Shown here: one piece after another, positions 11,577 to 22,702 of the stretch | How positions within the stretch are numbered: the stretch's first letter is position 1 | How the letters are laid out: the number at the start of each line of letters is the position of its first letter | Origin: Ancylonema sp. | Taxonomy: Eukaryota | DNA length: 25,527 nt | Direction: 5' to 3' | Assembly: GCA_050230475.1 (NCBI GenBank) | Contig: JBFLGF010000147.1 | Span: forward strand, 62,001-87,527 | Notes under the pieces: generated by a model | The model's database searches: none | The model's input: the letters and a program-made list of their open reading frames with translations, nothing else | Told to the model about the DNA's origin: nothing | Position numbers and translations under genes: made by a program

Positions 11577-13072
11577 ATGGTCACCCGACAGCCTGATGAC
11601 ATCGATAGAGTTGTCCTTTTCTTGTCCAAACGTGATGGCATTGACAAGCTCGTCAAGACGTTACAATACGTATCGAAGTTGGCAAATTGGCGACTTCAAG
11701 GACATTATCCTGGTAAGAGCTGAGCTTCAGGAGCTGCAGGTTATTTAAGTTGCGGTCGTATAATCGCAGTTCATGACATTTGACTGAGTGGAGGGCAGTG
11801 AGCGGTGGTAAACACTGAGCGATTTTTGTTCCCTTGTACATAACAGAGCTGGCGGTGCGAGCGAAAATTCTGGAAACACAGTGCGGGCTTAGCAGAAAGG
11901 TCTTTCGAATAGGCCGATTTCTGACAGGTCTGCATGCTATGAGGTCTTCCTCTAGGCCAAACTGGACGGTAAGCCCTTTTGTAAATGAGGGGTTGTGCAA
12001 GTGGTTGCAGGACAGCCGGTCCCCGATGTATTTCTAAGTGAATACACATGCAAGATTGTATTCTGAGTCTGACGCTAACAGTGGCTGCATGAGTGCGTTG
12101 CTGATCGGAGATGTCTCTCCTTCAAACCACCGAGTTATAGCCAAATAGATGAAGTGTGCATCTTGATCATTTTACTTCCAGGAATCGGCCCTGTTTCTGC
12201 TAGCCAACAGTGGCGACATTGTATTCTTCTTCTTCGATCACTTGGCATTTCTGGCCAGGATTGGATTCGTCAACAAAGAACTTGCAGGTGAGCAGGATAT
12301 AAGTCTATCAAACATCCTCAACGGTGTTGTGTAGAGGCATCATTATACCACAGAGACCTGGCATTAATAGCTGAAAGAGTGAAGGACTGGCAGTGTTAAG
12401 GGAGACATGTCAGTTCGCTCACGAGCCGTTATTCTTTATGAAATAATGAACAATGCTAAACTGATGCATCAGTAGTTTCTATTACAGCTTCTCAATTGTT
12501 AGTTTGATATTTACGTTGTTACAGGACGCCTCTGCCACATTTCGGCCTTTGGGGAGTGCGTTGACTATTTGGGATTCATGGCTTTGAGCCTCATTGACAT
12601 AAAGAGAGGCCAGGTGGAGGAGGTCAGGATTCTTGCCCGTGTGCAGCAGCTTCGAGGGAATATAATGGCCACCACCGAACTGCCTAGGACGAGATTGAGA
12701 TCTTCTTCAGAAGCGCACGCTTCTGCACCCTCTCCTTCTACAGCTGGAGTCAGGAGAACCGTGTCTTCGAGTGATTCTTCTAGAAAGAGTGTGGAAAGAG
12801 ACATGAGTGGAATTTTTTTGCAGTGTTCTATTCCAGAGAAGTCTGAAGGACAGACTGCCTTAGGTGACGAGATCAAAAAACTGGAAGCTACTTTATCGGC
12901 TTTGAGGATGCAGAGATTGTTTCACTACCTCACCATCTCTGCGAACGTCGCTGATCTTGTCATTGCCCTTGCAGAGGTAGAGCCGAACCCAATTTGTAAT
13001 CATCCCTTTGTACTAGGAGTCAGTGGTTTGGTTTCAGCCTGGTCTGGCTGGTATAAGCTCTGGCCATCATAA
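11577..13072 (+). CDS. PEX11: Peroxisomal membrane protein PEX11 (PEX11B-like), 303 aa, 4 exons
   Basis: Exons 11577-11712, 11847-11968, 12182-12287, 12525-13072, all GT-AG and in phase. Motifs FLSKRDGIDKLVKTLQY, GLSRKVFRIGRFLTG, LANSGDIVFFFFDH and SANVADLVIALAEVEPNPICNHPFVLGVSGLVSAWSGWYKLWPS match plant PEX11B. Confidence 0.95.
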
Positions 13073-13432
13073 GATTTGTCATCTGCTGCTTGTGGTACCA
13101 TAGATCACCATGATCAGGGAGACATTGTAGATATGTGTTATTGACTGTACATTTTTAGATGAGAGCTTGCGAGGATATCTTGTATACTATTTATATGGTG
13201 TGAGTATTTCCTGCATCTCAAATTCTCAACGACTGAATTGATGGATTGAGTTGTGCACTTATTTCCCTGCCATTCAGCACTAGCGAACCATGTTTGGTTG
13301 CTTCCTGATATCATTCTTCTGCAACTCGGAAAAAACACAGATTGACATCTAGCCGGTTTTCACTTTTATAACTTCTGTACTATTTGACGCAGCAGTGTAT
13401 GTGTTTCGCACAATATCCATCCTACAGTTTCA

Positions 13433-13541
13433 TGGTTTGTGGTTTGTGGATTGTGGTTAGTGGTTATTGGTTAGTGGTTAGTAGTGAGTGGTTAGTGGTT
13501 TGTGGTGAGTGGTCAGTGGTCAGTGGTGAGTGGTTAGTGGT
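13433..13541 (+). repeat. Degenerate heptamer tandem repeat (TGGTTAG/TGGTGAG/TGGTCAG/TGGTTTG)x~15
   Basis: Period-7 array visible between the convergent 3' ends of PEX11 and NAA30. Confidence 0.85.
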
Positions 13542-14523
13542 AAGAAACCCTCTCTCGATTGTATGCCATTCCAATTTCCTGCATCCAGCGATGTGTGAAG
13601 CGACCTAAGTACCTCACAATCCAGCGCGAGCCCCTGGCTACTTGGAATCTCTGCAACTTGCCCCAGCTATCTAGAAGTCAGCAGCTCCCAGGAGATGTGC
13701 AACTAATCAGCACATCCTCTGGCTGGGACTCGGATGCAACAATTAAGGTGCATCCAGAATGCGGCTGTAGTATGGGCATCATCATTCTTGCATGATGCAA
13801 TATGTGTATTACTTGAATGTGGTCGAGTTGTGGCTATGTGGACAGAAGACACGCACCATTGAATAAAATATAATCAATTTCAACACATCTGACTGTTTCT
13901 TACTAGCCACTCCCGTTGACTGGACTGGAAATATTACCCTTCATCCCTTCATAAGCTGGATAATTTAAAGCATTTACAGAGCCTGTGACAGTAACCATTG
14001 ACAATCCACAGGTAGAGAGCGTAAGTGGAACATAATCGATAGAAAATCAGAGCCACCTCCTAAAAGACTGAAAGACACTCTAATATATAATGACCACGCC
14101 ACACAAGCAAGTGTACTCCTTCCACTGTGGAAGCATCATTTTCATCGTAAATGACCTCCCATTCAGCAAGGAGTGGCTCATTCGGGCCCGTGGCTCTCAC
14201 CATCTCCACGACGAGACTGCCTGTACCTGCATCATCAAAAAAAACATTTCATTTCCTGATCTCTCTGTTAAACCACACATACCTCCAATCTTCGACGGAT
14301 ATTTCAGCCACATTATGTACTCTCCTCTCCAATACGAGAACAGAGCTGCCAGACAAGGTGTTCAAACTCATACCACACATCGGATACAGAAATCAGTTTG
14401 AGAAAAAGAACGTACCTACCTGACAATCCACAAAGCTGAGGTCGCAACTCCGCAACTACACTTCCAAAGCCTCATGCCCAAAGGAATCCTCTAAAATCGA
14501 GCGACGCGAGATTTCACGCGTCG

Positions 14524-16320
14524 TCACCCTCTGTGTTTGTTCCCCTTCTTCTTCTTCTGTCCCTTCTTCGTCCCACTCTGTTCAACATTGCCTCCTTTTG
14601 CCTCCCCCTGGCTACCTGTCGAACCCCCCTCCCCCTGCCCATGTCTGCAGGAGGGCCCATGCACATGTCCTTCATCCTCAGGCCCCTCATTCTGGGGAGG
14701 TGCACCTGCGTTCCCATGTCCATGTCTGCAGGACGGTCCGTGGACGTGCCCACCCTCGTGTCTCGGCTGGCTTCCCTCCCCATGACTATGTTTACAAGAC
14801 GGCCCGTGCACGTGCACAGGTGGCTGCTGGCGCGTCTCGCTGTGGGTGTGGGTGTGGGTGTGGGTGTGGGTACAAGAAGGACCGTGGACATGAGCGGGTA
14901 CCCGAGTTCCATTCCCATGGGTATCCGTGTGTGACCCTGGCAGGTGGCCATTGGTGGAGTGGGCGGGGTGGTGGGGATGGTTGCAGTGCTCTCCGTGCAC
15001 GTGAGAACGAGTGCTGACGTCACCCTCGCTCCTATGGTCGGGATGGTGTGGGTGACCCTCGTGGTGTTCCGTCGGAGCACTGGAGGGAAGCTCAACGTCT
15101 TCTTCTTCTTCGTCGCCGGGCTGTGGGAAGAGGAGTTTGAGGCGGTAGGCGTCAGCCCCGTTGAGGTAGTAGCGGTGCAAGCGCTTGGCTCGAATGAAAC
15201 CGAGGTTGCCGTACAAGGCGAGGGCACCCGCGTTTGTCACCTCAGCTTCGAGAATGACCTGGGGATGACATGGCAGGGAGAACAGGAAATGGAGTTAGCG
15301 CAGCAGTCTCAGCAGAAAGCAACCTTGTAGGTTTCCTCTGAGCATGAATGAAAGTTGAAACAAAATGAGAGGATTGTAAAGAAAGCAAAAAACGGAACGA
15401 AAAAAAGGAGAGGAGTGGCTGGCAGAAAAAACGAAGGAAAAAAAAGCACACGAGACGCAGTCAGTGAAGAATGAGGAAGGAGGAAGAGCAGGTTGGCTCA
15501 CTTCCAGGCAGCCCGCCTGAAGCATGACTGTGATGCAGCAATTCACAAGCTCTGTCGCTGCATGGAAAACGGTAAACCAAAGCACTGAGTTCTCTGATAT
15601 GATCGCACAAACCACAAACAATGTTTGCAAACGATGCAGGATCTGCGTATGAGGACTTGCTTGATAGCCTTGGCAAGAGGAGTTTGGCTTCCAATCAATA
15701 ATAAAATTAAGTTTGAAGCCATGGATGGGGACTAACCAACTTTTCGTCCCCTGTACTGTTTTAGCACAACTAGCATCGCAATATATCCACGGAGATAACC
15801 GGACTTGTGCTCGTCCATTTTGCAAACTATTGTGCCGATGCACTTGGTGCCAACAAATGCCTGCGAATCAGAGACAAGCCGGCAGTCAACCTCAGCAAGC
15901 ACAAACCAGGTCGCGGTGTACAACCAAGTCCCATAATCCCAAATACGCGATGAGGATTGATGTAAAATATGACTATGAAAATGCCATCAATACCATCCAC
16001 CAATTCAGGAATTCTGACCACGTACGCAGACACCCCTGGAGTGTGCACTGACGAAAGCCATGTTTGGGACACGAAAGCTGTTGACGCACAGATGGGAACG
16101 ATGACCTTACCAAATAACACAGGTCGGGCCATTGGTTTATGAAGTAACGGTAAGTGAAGATAGAATACGGCTCCGACAGTTCTACATCCACAAGGTCCAT
16201 AATTGTTGATAGGTCGCTTTCTTCACGAAATGCTCGGTATTCGACATCTCCGGTGTGGCCAGCTACACGAGCAGACTCAGCTGCCAAACTAGCTTCGACT
16301 GTCGAGCTCAAAAAATCCAT
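14524..16320 (-). CDS. NAA30: N-alpha-acetyltransferase 30 (NatC catalytic subunit, MAK3) with His-rich C-terminal extension, 374 aa, 4 exons
   Basis: Exons 16320-16111, 15860-15737, 15557-15502, 15258-14524. NAA30 motifs [33 protein letters not shown] and [45 protein letters not shown]. Confidence 0.95.
14841..14870 (+). repeat. (TGTGGG)x5 hexamer encoding [10 protein letters not shown] in NAA30
   Basis: tgtgggtgtgggtgtgggtgtgggtgtggg. Confidence 0.9.
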
Positions 16321-17050
16321 GACAAGAATCTATTGTGGAAAAACCTACTGCATTGAATTCCCTGATCTTCCGAGCCACCACCCAAGACTCAGCTTCACAC
16401 TTTATATCCACAACTTTGGTACAGCTTCAGCACACACTCAACACTCTACTTGCGAATGTGTCTCTGCATGCAAGATGGACACGTCGAGCATATTCTGATT
16501 ACTGCAGAGGATCCTATCGAAGGGGCAAATATCTAGCCTAGTGAGCAGCAATGCGGTCTATGCACCTGCCGATAAAACTGTTGCCAGACGCGCTTTCAGA
16601 ACGTTACATGGCCACCGTTTTCCTTCTTTATTCGGCCGCTCAGTTATGGTATTCCTTCTACGTTATGCCGTCCACATCTGAAGCGTTTTAGACTTCCGCC
16701 TTTGATCGCCACAGAGCGCGGCGATCAACAGATCCAAATCTACCCGGAGCTCCAAATCAATCCACCCGGTGGATTAGAGGCCTGAATCCACCGAGTGGAT
16801 TCCCATGTCCAATGAGACGCGTGAGAAAATCAATTGAAAGCACGACTTTTCTCGCGCCTCGGCAATTTTTCGCGCGTATTTCTGTTTTGTGTCTCGCACT
16901 CGATTTTCCTACCAAATTTTGAGAACATTCGCAACATAAAAGCATGGGAGAATTGCATATAATTGAAAACGACGGGAACCCCATCTCATTGTAAGAACGT
17001 GCTTGTAAAGAAACCACATATCCTTAAAAAAGACAAATATGTGAGCATGG

Positions 17051-17388
17051 TGTGGACGCCATAGAGACGTCCACTCAACTCAACTCTTAACTCTTTAAGT
17101 CAACTCAGACTTAACTCTTACTCAAATGTGCTCTTACTCAAATGTGCATACACTCCTTCACACACTCATTGCACACATACTTATGAAGCGCAGCACATAG
17201 ACGAAGCTTCTTTCACATAAAGCAAGTGAAAAAACAATATCTATAGTGGTTCGGAAGCAAGTCTAGATCTATTTAGCCAAAAGTCTGACCTTTTGTCACG
17301 TAACTAAGACAGAAAACACTTTATCGGCTAAATGACCTTCGAGTCATCGAACGATCTATCTACACCGTTTACACACAATCTTCAAATA
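17051..17388 (-). mobile_element. Probable solo LTR related to the copia LTR at 791-1163
   Basis: tgtggacgccat resembles tgtggtggccat (791). catagacgaagcttctttcacataaagcaagtgaaa resembles catagacaaagcttgatcacataaaagccactgaaa (~922-957). Flanks catgg/catgc could be an imperfect 5-bp TSD. Contains a 16-bp tandem duplication at 17115-17146. Confidence 0.45.
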
Positions 17389-17699
17389 CATGCACACGCG
17401 CGCCAAGCAAATTAACGCCGTCGCCACGCTGTCACTGACTAAATTACCGATACAAATTAAGCATACCATTACGTTCTAAAATACACGCGTCACAATTCTA
17501 AGCTTTCTGATATAAGCATCATGCTCAAGTTACTCATTTCATAGACACACACACAACACCAAACAAACCAAACACGTCACAAGTTCCCAACAACTAAATA
17601 GGCAACTTTGCCATCTAAATAACTAACACTAAATTAACATACAAGTTATGTTGCAGCACTTATATCTCACACAAGGGATATTTCATGAAATGAATGGAA

Positions 17700-18305
17700 A
17701 CCAAGGACACCGGAAGAGGAGGCAGCTGAGTCTTGAGGAACGTTAAATCAAACTCGGAAGTAGGATGATGCGGATGCTTTCAACTTGAATTTTTCCGCAC
17801 TATATCAATTAAACAATTTGGCACATTTGGTTGTGTTCGGCAGAGTCGGACAACTTGAGATCGTTGTTCTCACCGAAAATTTGATTGCCGGTACATGTAC
17901 CCTTTCCGCACCGTGTGATCTTTTCCGCTTGGTTTTCATCGGGACAGTCGTAGTGAGTTGCGGGTGTCATTGTCACCATCACTCCACACTAGCTCGCTGT
18001 TCCTCTCCTTGCGACTTTACAAGAATCGGATCCAGCGCCAACTCTCTCGCCGTAGCTGAGTATTGTTACTGTTTTTCTTCATCTCGATATTTCCTACTCC
18101 GATTGATTGATATCGCGAGAAGGGAGGGATGGGCCGTATCCAGGGCTGCCCCAGTATTTAGTGGTGAAAGAAGTGAAGTATAAGGCAATCACTAATAGCC
18201 TTAGAACGAGGTTCGCTCTAGTAAATAGACTTTGTTATAAAGAGAATTGTACTAGCTCGTTATAAAGCGAACGGAAACTTAAGTAGTTGTTATAACTAAG
18301 GTCGT
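17700..18305 (-). mobile_element. Possible pogo/Tigger-like DNA transposon remnant (terminal region plus N-terminal HTH)
   Basis: Repeated TTATAAC(GA) motifs at 18230-18300 lie upstream of a broken minus-strand frame, MKTKRKRSH...PNTT...AEKFKLKASASSYFR, reminiscent of CENP-B/pogo N-termini. Confidence 0.3.
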
Positions 18306-18616
18306 TGACCACATGCATGATATGTTGACTAGAGGTATATGGAACGTTTTAGAAGTTGATAAGTTAAAGATCTACTTGTGCATGAAGTTGACCGTTTGGT
18401 GCAATGCATTGCATAATTCATTGCATATAGTGCATAACGTAGGAAGTACAATCGTTTGTAGAATGGTCATTGTATTTAGACATTTCGTTTATGAAACGGT
18501 CATAGAAACTTCTAGTTAGTTAGACAATTGACTTACAAAGTCCAAGCATTGTGGATTGATAATCAATTCATTCATTTGCACATCAGCCAAGTATTGCATT
18601 TTTCGTGTATTCCGGA

Positions 18617-20298
18617 TTCACCTCTGCCCCCATCCTCACCCACTTCCAACCTGAAGTGCCCCTCACCATCGAAGCAGATACCTATGCCTCTGACTTCGCC
18701 CTCGGCTGCGTCCTGACCCAGCCCTCGCCTTCTGGAGACCTTCCCCCTGTCTGCTTCTACAGCCGCAAATTCACACCTACTGAGTTGAATTATCCTATTT
18801 ATGATAAGGAGTTATTGGCAGTGGTGGAGGCGTTCAAGCGAGTGTACCTGGAGGGGGCTGCCCATCCCATCTGTGTGTTTTCGGATCATAAAAACCTAGA
18901 ATACTTCTCATCTGCACGAACAACATCAAGACGCCACGCTCGGTGGGCAGCTACTCTGGCAGCTTACCAGTACACCATTACCTATCGCAAGGGAGCCAGC
19001 CATGGCAAGCCTGACGCCCTGTCTAGACGCCCAGACTACCTTCCCCCCCCCCCTCCCTTCCCTTCTCATCCTTTCCCCTCCCCCTCCCTCCCTCCCCATT
19101 CCCCTCCCTCCAGGTGCAGGTTCCCATTTTTCATTCCCCTACCTTGCGTGGCGCGGCGGTGCTGGTGTCTCCTACTGACCCTCTCCTCCCCGACGTCGCG
19201 GCGGCCCAGCAGGGGGATCCGGTCCTCTCTGCACTCATAAACAAATTACAAGGGGACCCGGCGGGGAGTCAAACCCCCGCCCCAAAAGCATGCACAACGG
19301 TCTACTCTACAGTCAGGGCCGTCTCCTCATCCCTCCTTCAACTTCCTCCCTCAGTCTACGCATTCTACAACAATATCACGACTCTCCTATGGCGGGGCAC
19401 TACGGGGTGGCGCGGACGCATGCACTCGTGGGTCAGTTCTTCCCGTGGCCCGGCCTCGCCACAGCCGTGGAGAGCTACGTCCGCAGCTGCGACGCCTGCC
19501 AGCGCAACAAGGTCGTACGGCATGCGCCGTTTTTGGACTTCTCTCTCCTCTCCCTCTCCCTTCCCGTCCCTGGCTCAGCGTCTCGCTGGACTGGATCACC
19601 GACCTACCTCTCCTAGCCGCTACCACGACGCAATCTTGGTGGTGGTCGATCGTCTGACCAAGCAGGCAATTTTCATCCCCCAACAACCAAATCTATGGCA
19701 GCACCTGATGTTGCGTCCTTGTTCGTACAACCATGTCGTACGCGTTCATGGTGTACCTGAAAACCTGGGTCACTGATCGGGATCCTGTCTTCACATCACA
19801 TTTTTGGCGGCGACTCTTGGAGCTCTGTGGCATTCGGGCCAATCGGTCCTCTGCGTTCCACCCGCAGACGGATGGGCAAACAGAGCGTCTCAACTCGGTG
19901 TTGGAGCAGTACCTGCGGATGTACTGCGACTACCAACAGACCGACTGGGCCAACCTCCTTCCTCTGGCAAAATTCTCCTACAATTACTCAAAACATTCTG
20001 CCACTACCCTTACCCCGTTTTTTGCAAATTACGGCTACCACCCGCGGATGTCCCTGCTCCCGCCGTCCCCAGCCTCCCCAACCCCTGCAGTAGATTCTTA
20101 CGTGCAGCGGCTTCGCGAGGCCCAGGTGAGTCTCCAACAGGAACTCTTGAAGGCTCGCAAGGCCATGGAAACATCAGCCAATCGGCGTCGCCGACCGGCT
20201 CCACATTTTCTACGTGGTCAACAAATGTGGCTAATGCGTCGCCACATCTCCACGACGCGGCCCTCCTCCAAATTGGATGTACGGGTCCCTTCGCTGTT
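18617..20298 (+). mobile_element. Ty3/gypsy (chromovirus/Tf1-Tcn1-like) pol fragment: RNase H plus integrase, frameshifted and truncated
   Basis: RNaseH: FTSAPILTHF..EAD..ASDFALGCVL..PVCFYSRKF...ELNYPIYDKELLAVV..SDHKNLEYF. Integrase HHCC: HDSPMAGHYG...YVRSCDACQRNK. Core: PWLSVSLDWITDLP, AILVVVDRLTK, VTDRDPVFTSHFW, SSAFHPQTDGQTERLN. Ends at the GPF motif. Several frameshifts. Confidence 0.95.
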
Positions 20299-21149
20299 AA
20301 GAAAATTTTGCTCCTTATAAAGTGTAAGGGGCATAGCTTAATGCAAAGATGGGGTGGGGAAATAAGCACTAAAGGAAGCAAGTTTTACATGAGTTGTTAG
20401 GAGCGAGAAAGACTACGCTCCTAACTCGTGTAAGTACTAAAAGAAGAGTGAGAACACATGTAAGAACGGTCACTAGCAAAAGGGGACGAAGTCCGCGATG
20501 TAAGGATATGGCTAAGTCAGACATGTCATCTAGAAGCGTGTTGACTTGGGGCCGGGTTCGATGGAACCCGGGCACCCAATTAGCATTATCGCGGTTAGTT
20601 AAATAAAGATCGCGTGATGTTTTGATATAGTCGTCTGTCAGTCCTTAGGACCGATATGACAGATCGTCAGAAGTACGATAATAACAGTAGACCATTTGTG
20701 GCTAGGATTACTTGACACGTAGTTTTACTCACGTCATCAGTAACCTTGTCAATGTGCCGTGTGCCAAGGATTGGGTGATATAGCCCTATCCATTTTCATT
20801 ATTAAATTAATTCCGTTAATCAACCTCGTGGTGTATTGTTAATGAATAAGACGTGATTGGTTCGGTCGGGTTTCTTGAATATTACACAAACACCTCATAC
20901 ACTCAATCGATCACTGATTGGCTGATTACACGCTCATAAGCTTTTATACTAAAACGCGAACGACTAGTGAACGTTCGAGAAAGTCGAACGGGAAATCGCT
21001 AGACGACAAACAACTTAAGTTCCGCGAAATGAATTAACTAAAGAGTGACGCGAAACGAAATAACTAGGAGTGACGCGAAACCGAAAATGACGCGAAACGA
21101 AATTGTCAAACTCGCGTCGGGCTACACATCGTACAATAACTCTAGTGTT

Positions 21150-21390
21150 AGGGGCACACACTACTGTGGTCCCAACATGTAGGCGGGCTGGAAAGTAGTG
21201 AGTGTTGGGGCTGATAGAGGGAGTGCTGCCATCGATCAGCTCCAAGGGGACGGGTGGGGGATGGGGAAAAGGGCGGAGGTGCTGCTACACCAGGATGGAC
21301 GGGTCTAGGAAGGAGTCGGGATTCGAGAATCGACCAACGCGCGGATGGAGACGAGCGGCAAGCCCAAATCCAAGAGGTGCATCATAAGAG
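21150..21390 (-). mobile_element. Ty3/gypsy aspartic protease remnant (related sequence may extend to ~21640)
   Basis: Minus strand: SIRALVDS / frameshift / DSFLDPSILV*QHLRPFPHPPPVPLELIDGSTPSISPNTHY, matching the gypsy protease pattern ALVDSG..SF.D...P.PLELIDG...GPITH. Confidence 0.7.
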
Positions 21391-22661
21391 CAAGGTGACA
21401 AGGGGTGGGGTGGGGGAAGGGGGTGGGAAGGGGAAGAATACCGCGTAGCAAGGCCTCTATTGGCTGGGATGGTCGTTTTTTGGGAGAGTGGAGGGGGGAG
21501 GGTCAAACTGAGTGTGGGGTGTAAGTCAGGGGGATGGAGAGGGGTCCGGAGTCCAAGATGTAAAGGACCCTCGGAAAGATGGAAGTTGGAGCCTGGCTTG
21601 GGATAGGGGGTAATCGGCACGAAGAGACGCCTCACTGTCGTTGCACTTTTTGTTAGAATCATTCTAGTGCGTGTTCCTAATTAGATAATATCCGTATTTG
21701 TTGCTACACCCATTTCGACTAAGTGACCAAAGTTGCTTAGCTTTTAAGTTCCCATCCTTCCATACTTCAGTAATCATTTCATTAACTAATATTCGCGGTT
21801 AGTGTTAGGTGCCGTTATTACATGTGTTATATCATATACTCATTTGATTACTATATAGCATAGAAAGAAACCACTTCCATTCCGTTCTTATCAATTCATA
21901 TACCCCATTCTTTCTACACCTCTTATTTGCACTAAGCTCATTTCATTACATTACGATTCACATAGTTTTGATAATGAAAGGAGTTTTGTAGATGGAGTTT
22001 TGGAAGAGATGTTGAATGCTAGGGAACAACATCGCGTAAATATCGAAATACATTTACTAATTGATTCATGTTTATTTCTTAGTGTTAAATTCGATCTTGT
22101 TCTAGGGGATAACAACATTGTCAAGTAATATCTCCGGAAAATCAAATTCGGCCATAATGTAAAATTTGAAAAGAGAGAAAATGGAAAATTTAGGAAACTA
22201 TTCTATGAAAAGCCGTTTTTCGGGAACTCACAAAACATGGGAAGAAGACAAGTTGAAAGAACGGATTTATTTCTCATATCAAAGTGTTGCAATATTTTGT
22301 TTTTTCGTCAAAATGCATCATAGCTGAAGGAAGCAAGACACAAACAGACAACGCTTTGAAATATCATGCAAGAGTGAAATACATGAGTTGATATAGCAAC
22401 TAAAAGCTATGCTCCTATCGAGTATATAACTTGATAGTATATTACTCGACAGTCACATGAACTATCATGAAACATCAATGGGAGAACTAGAATAACAATG
22501 CATATAAGTAAAGCTAAACTCAAGTGTATAAGCACACAGGAGGATAAGGCACACTCGCAACACAGCAAGGACTAAGGGAGTGGTCCTGACATCTCATCGT
22601 TTGTAAATTGTATTAAAATTACTGGACAAGATTGGTGTTAAATTGTTTCTGAATCGCCAAT

Positions 22662-22702
22662 AGATCGTCAAAGATCGTCAAAGATCGACAAAGATCGACA
22701 AA
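22662..22702 (+). repeat. 10-bp tandem repeat (AGATCGWCAA)x4 flanked by ttgtttcWgaatcgccaa direct repeats
   Basis: agatcgtcaa agatcgtcaa agatcgacaa agatcgacaa; flanking repeats at ~22643-22660 and ~22722-22739. Confidence 0.8.

Noticed and set aside
14514..15330. Overlapping 237-aa and antisense ORFs over NAA30 exon 4
   Set aside because: Shadow frames of a GC-rich exon. Synonymous variation in the HVHGPSC repeats identifies the NAA30 frame as the selected one.
21100..21147. Helitron 3' end (CTAG/T)
   Set aside because: No convincing GC-rich hairpin upstream of the CTAG and no matching 5' TC terminus identified.
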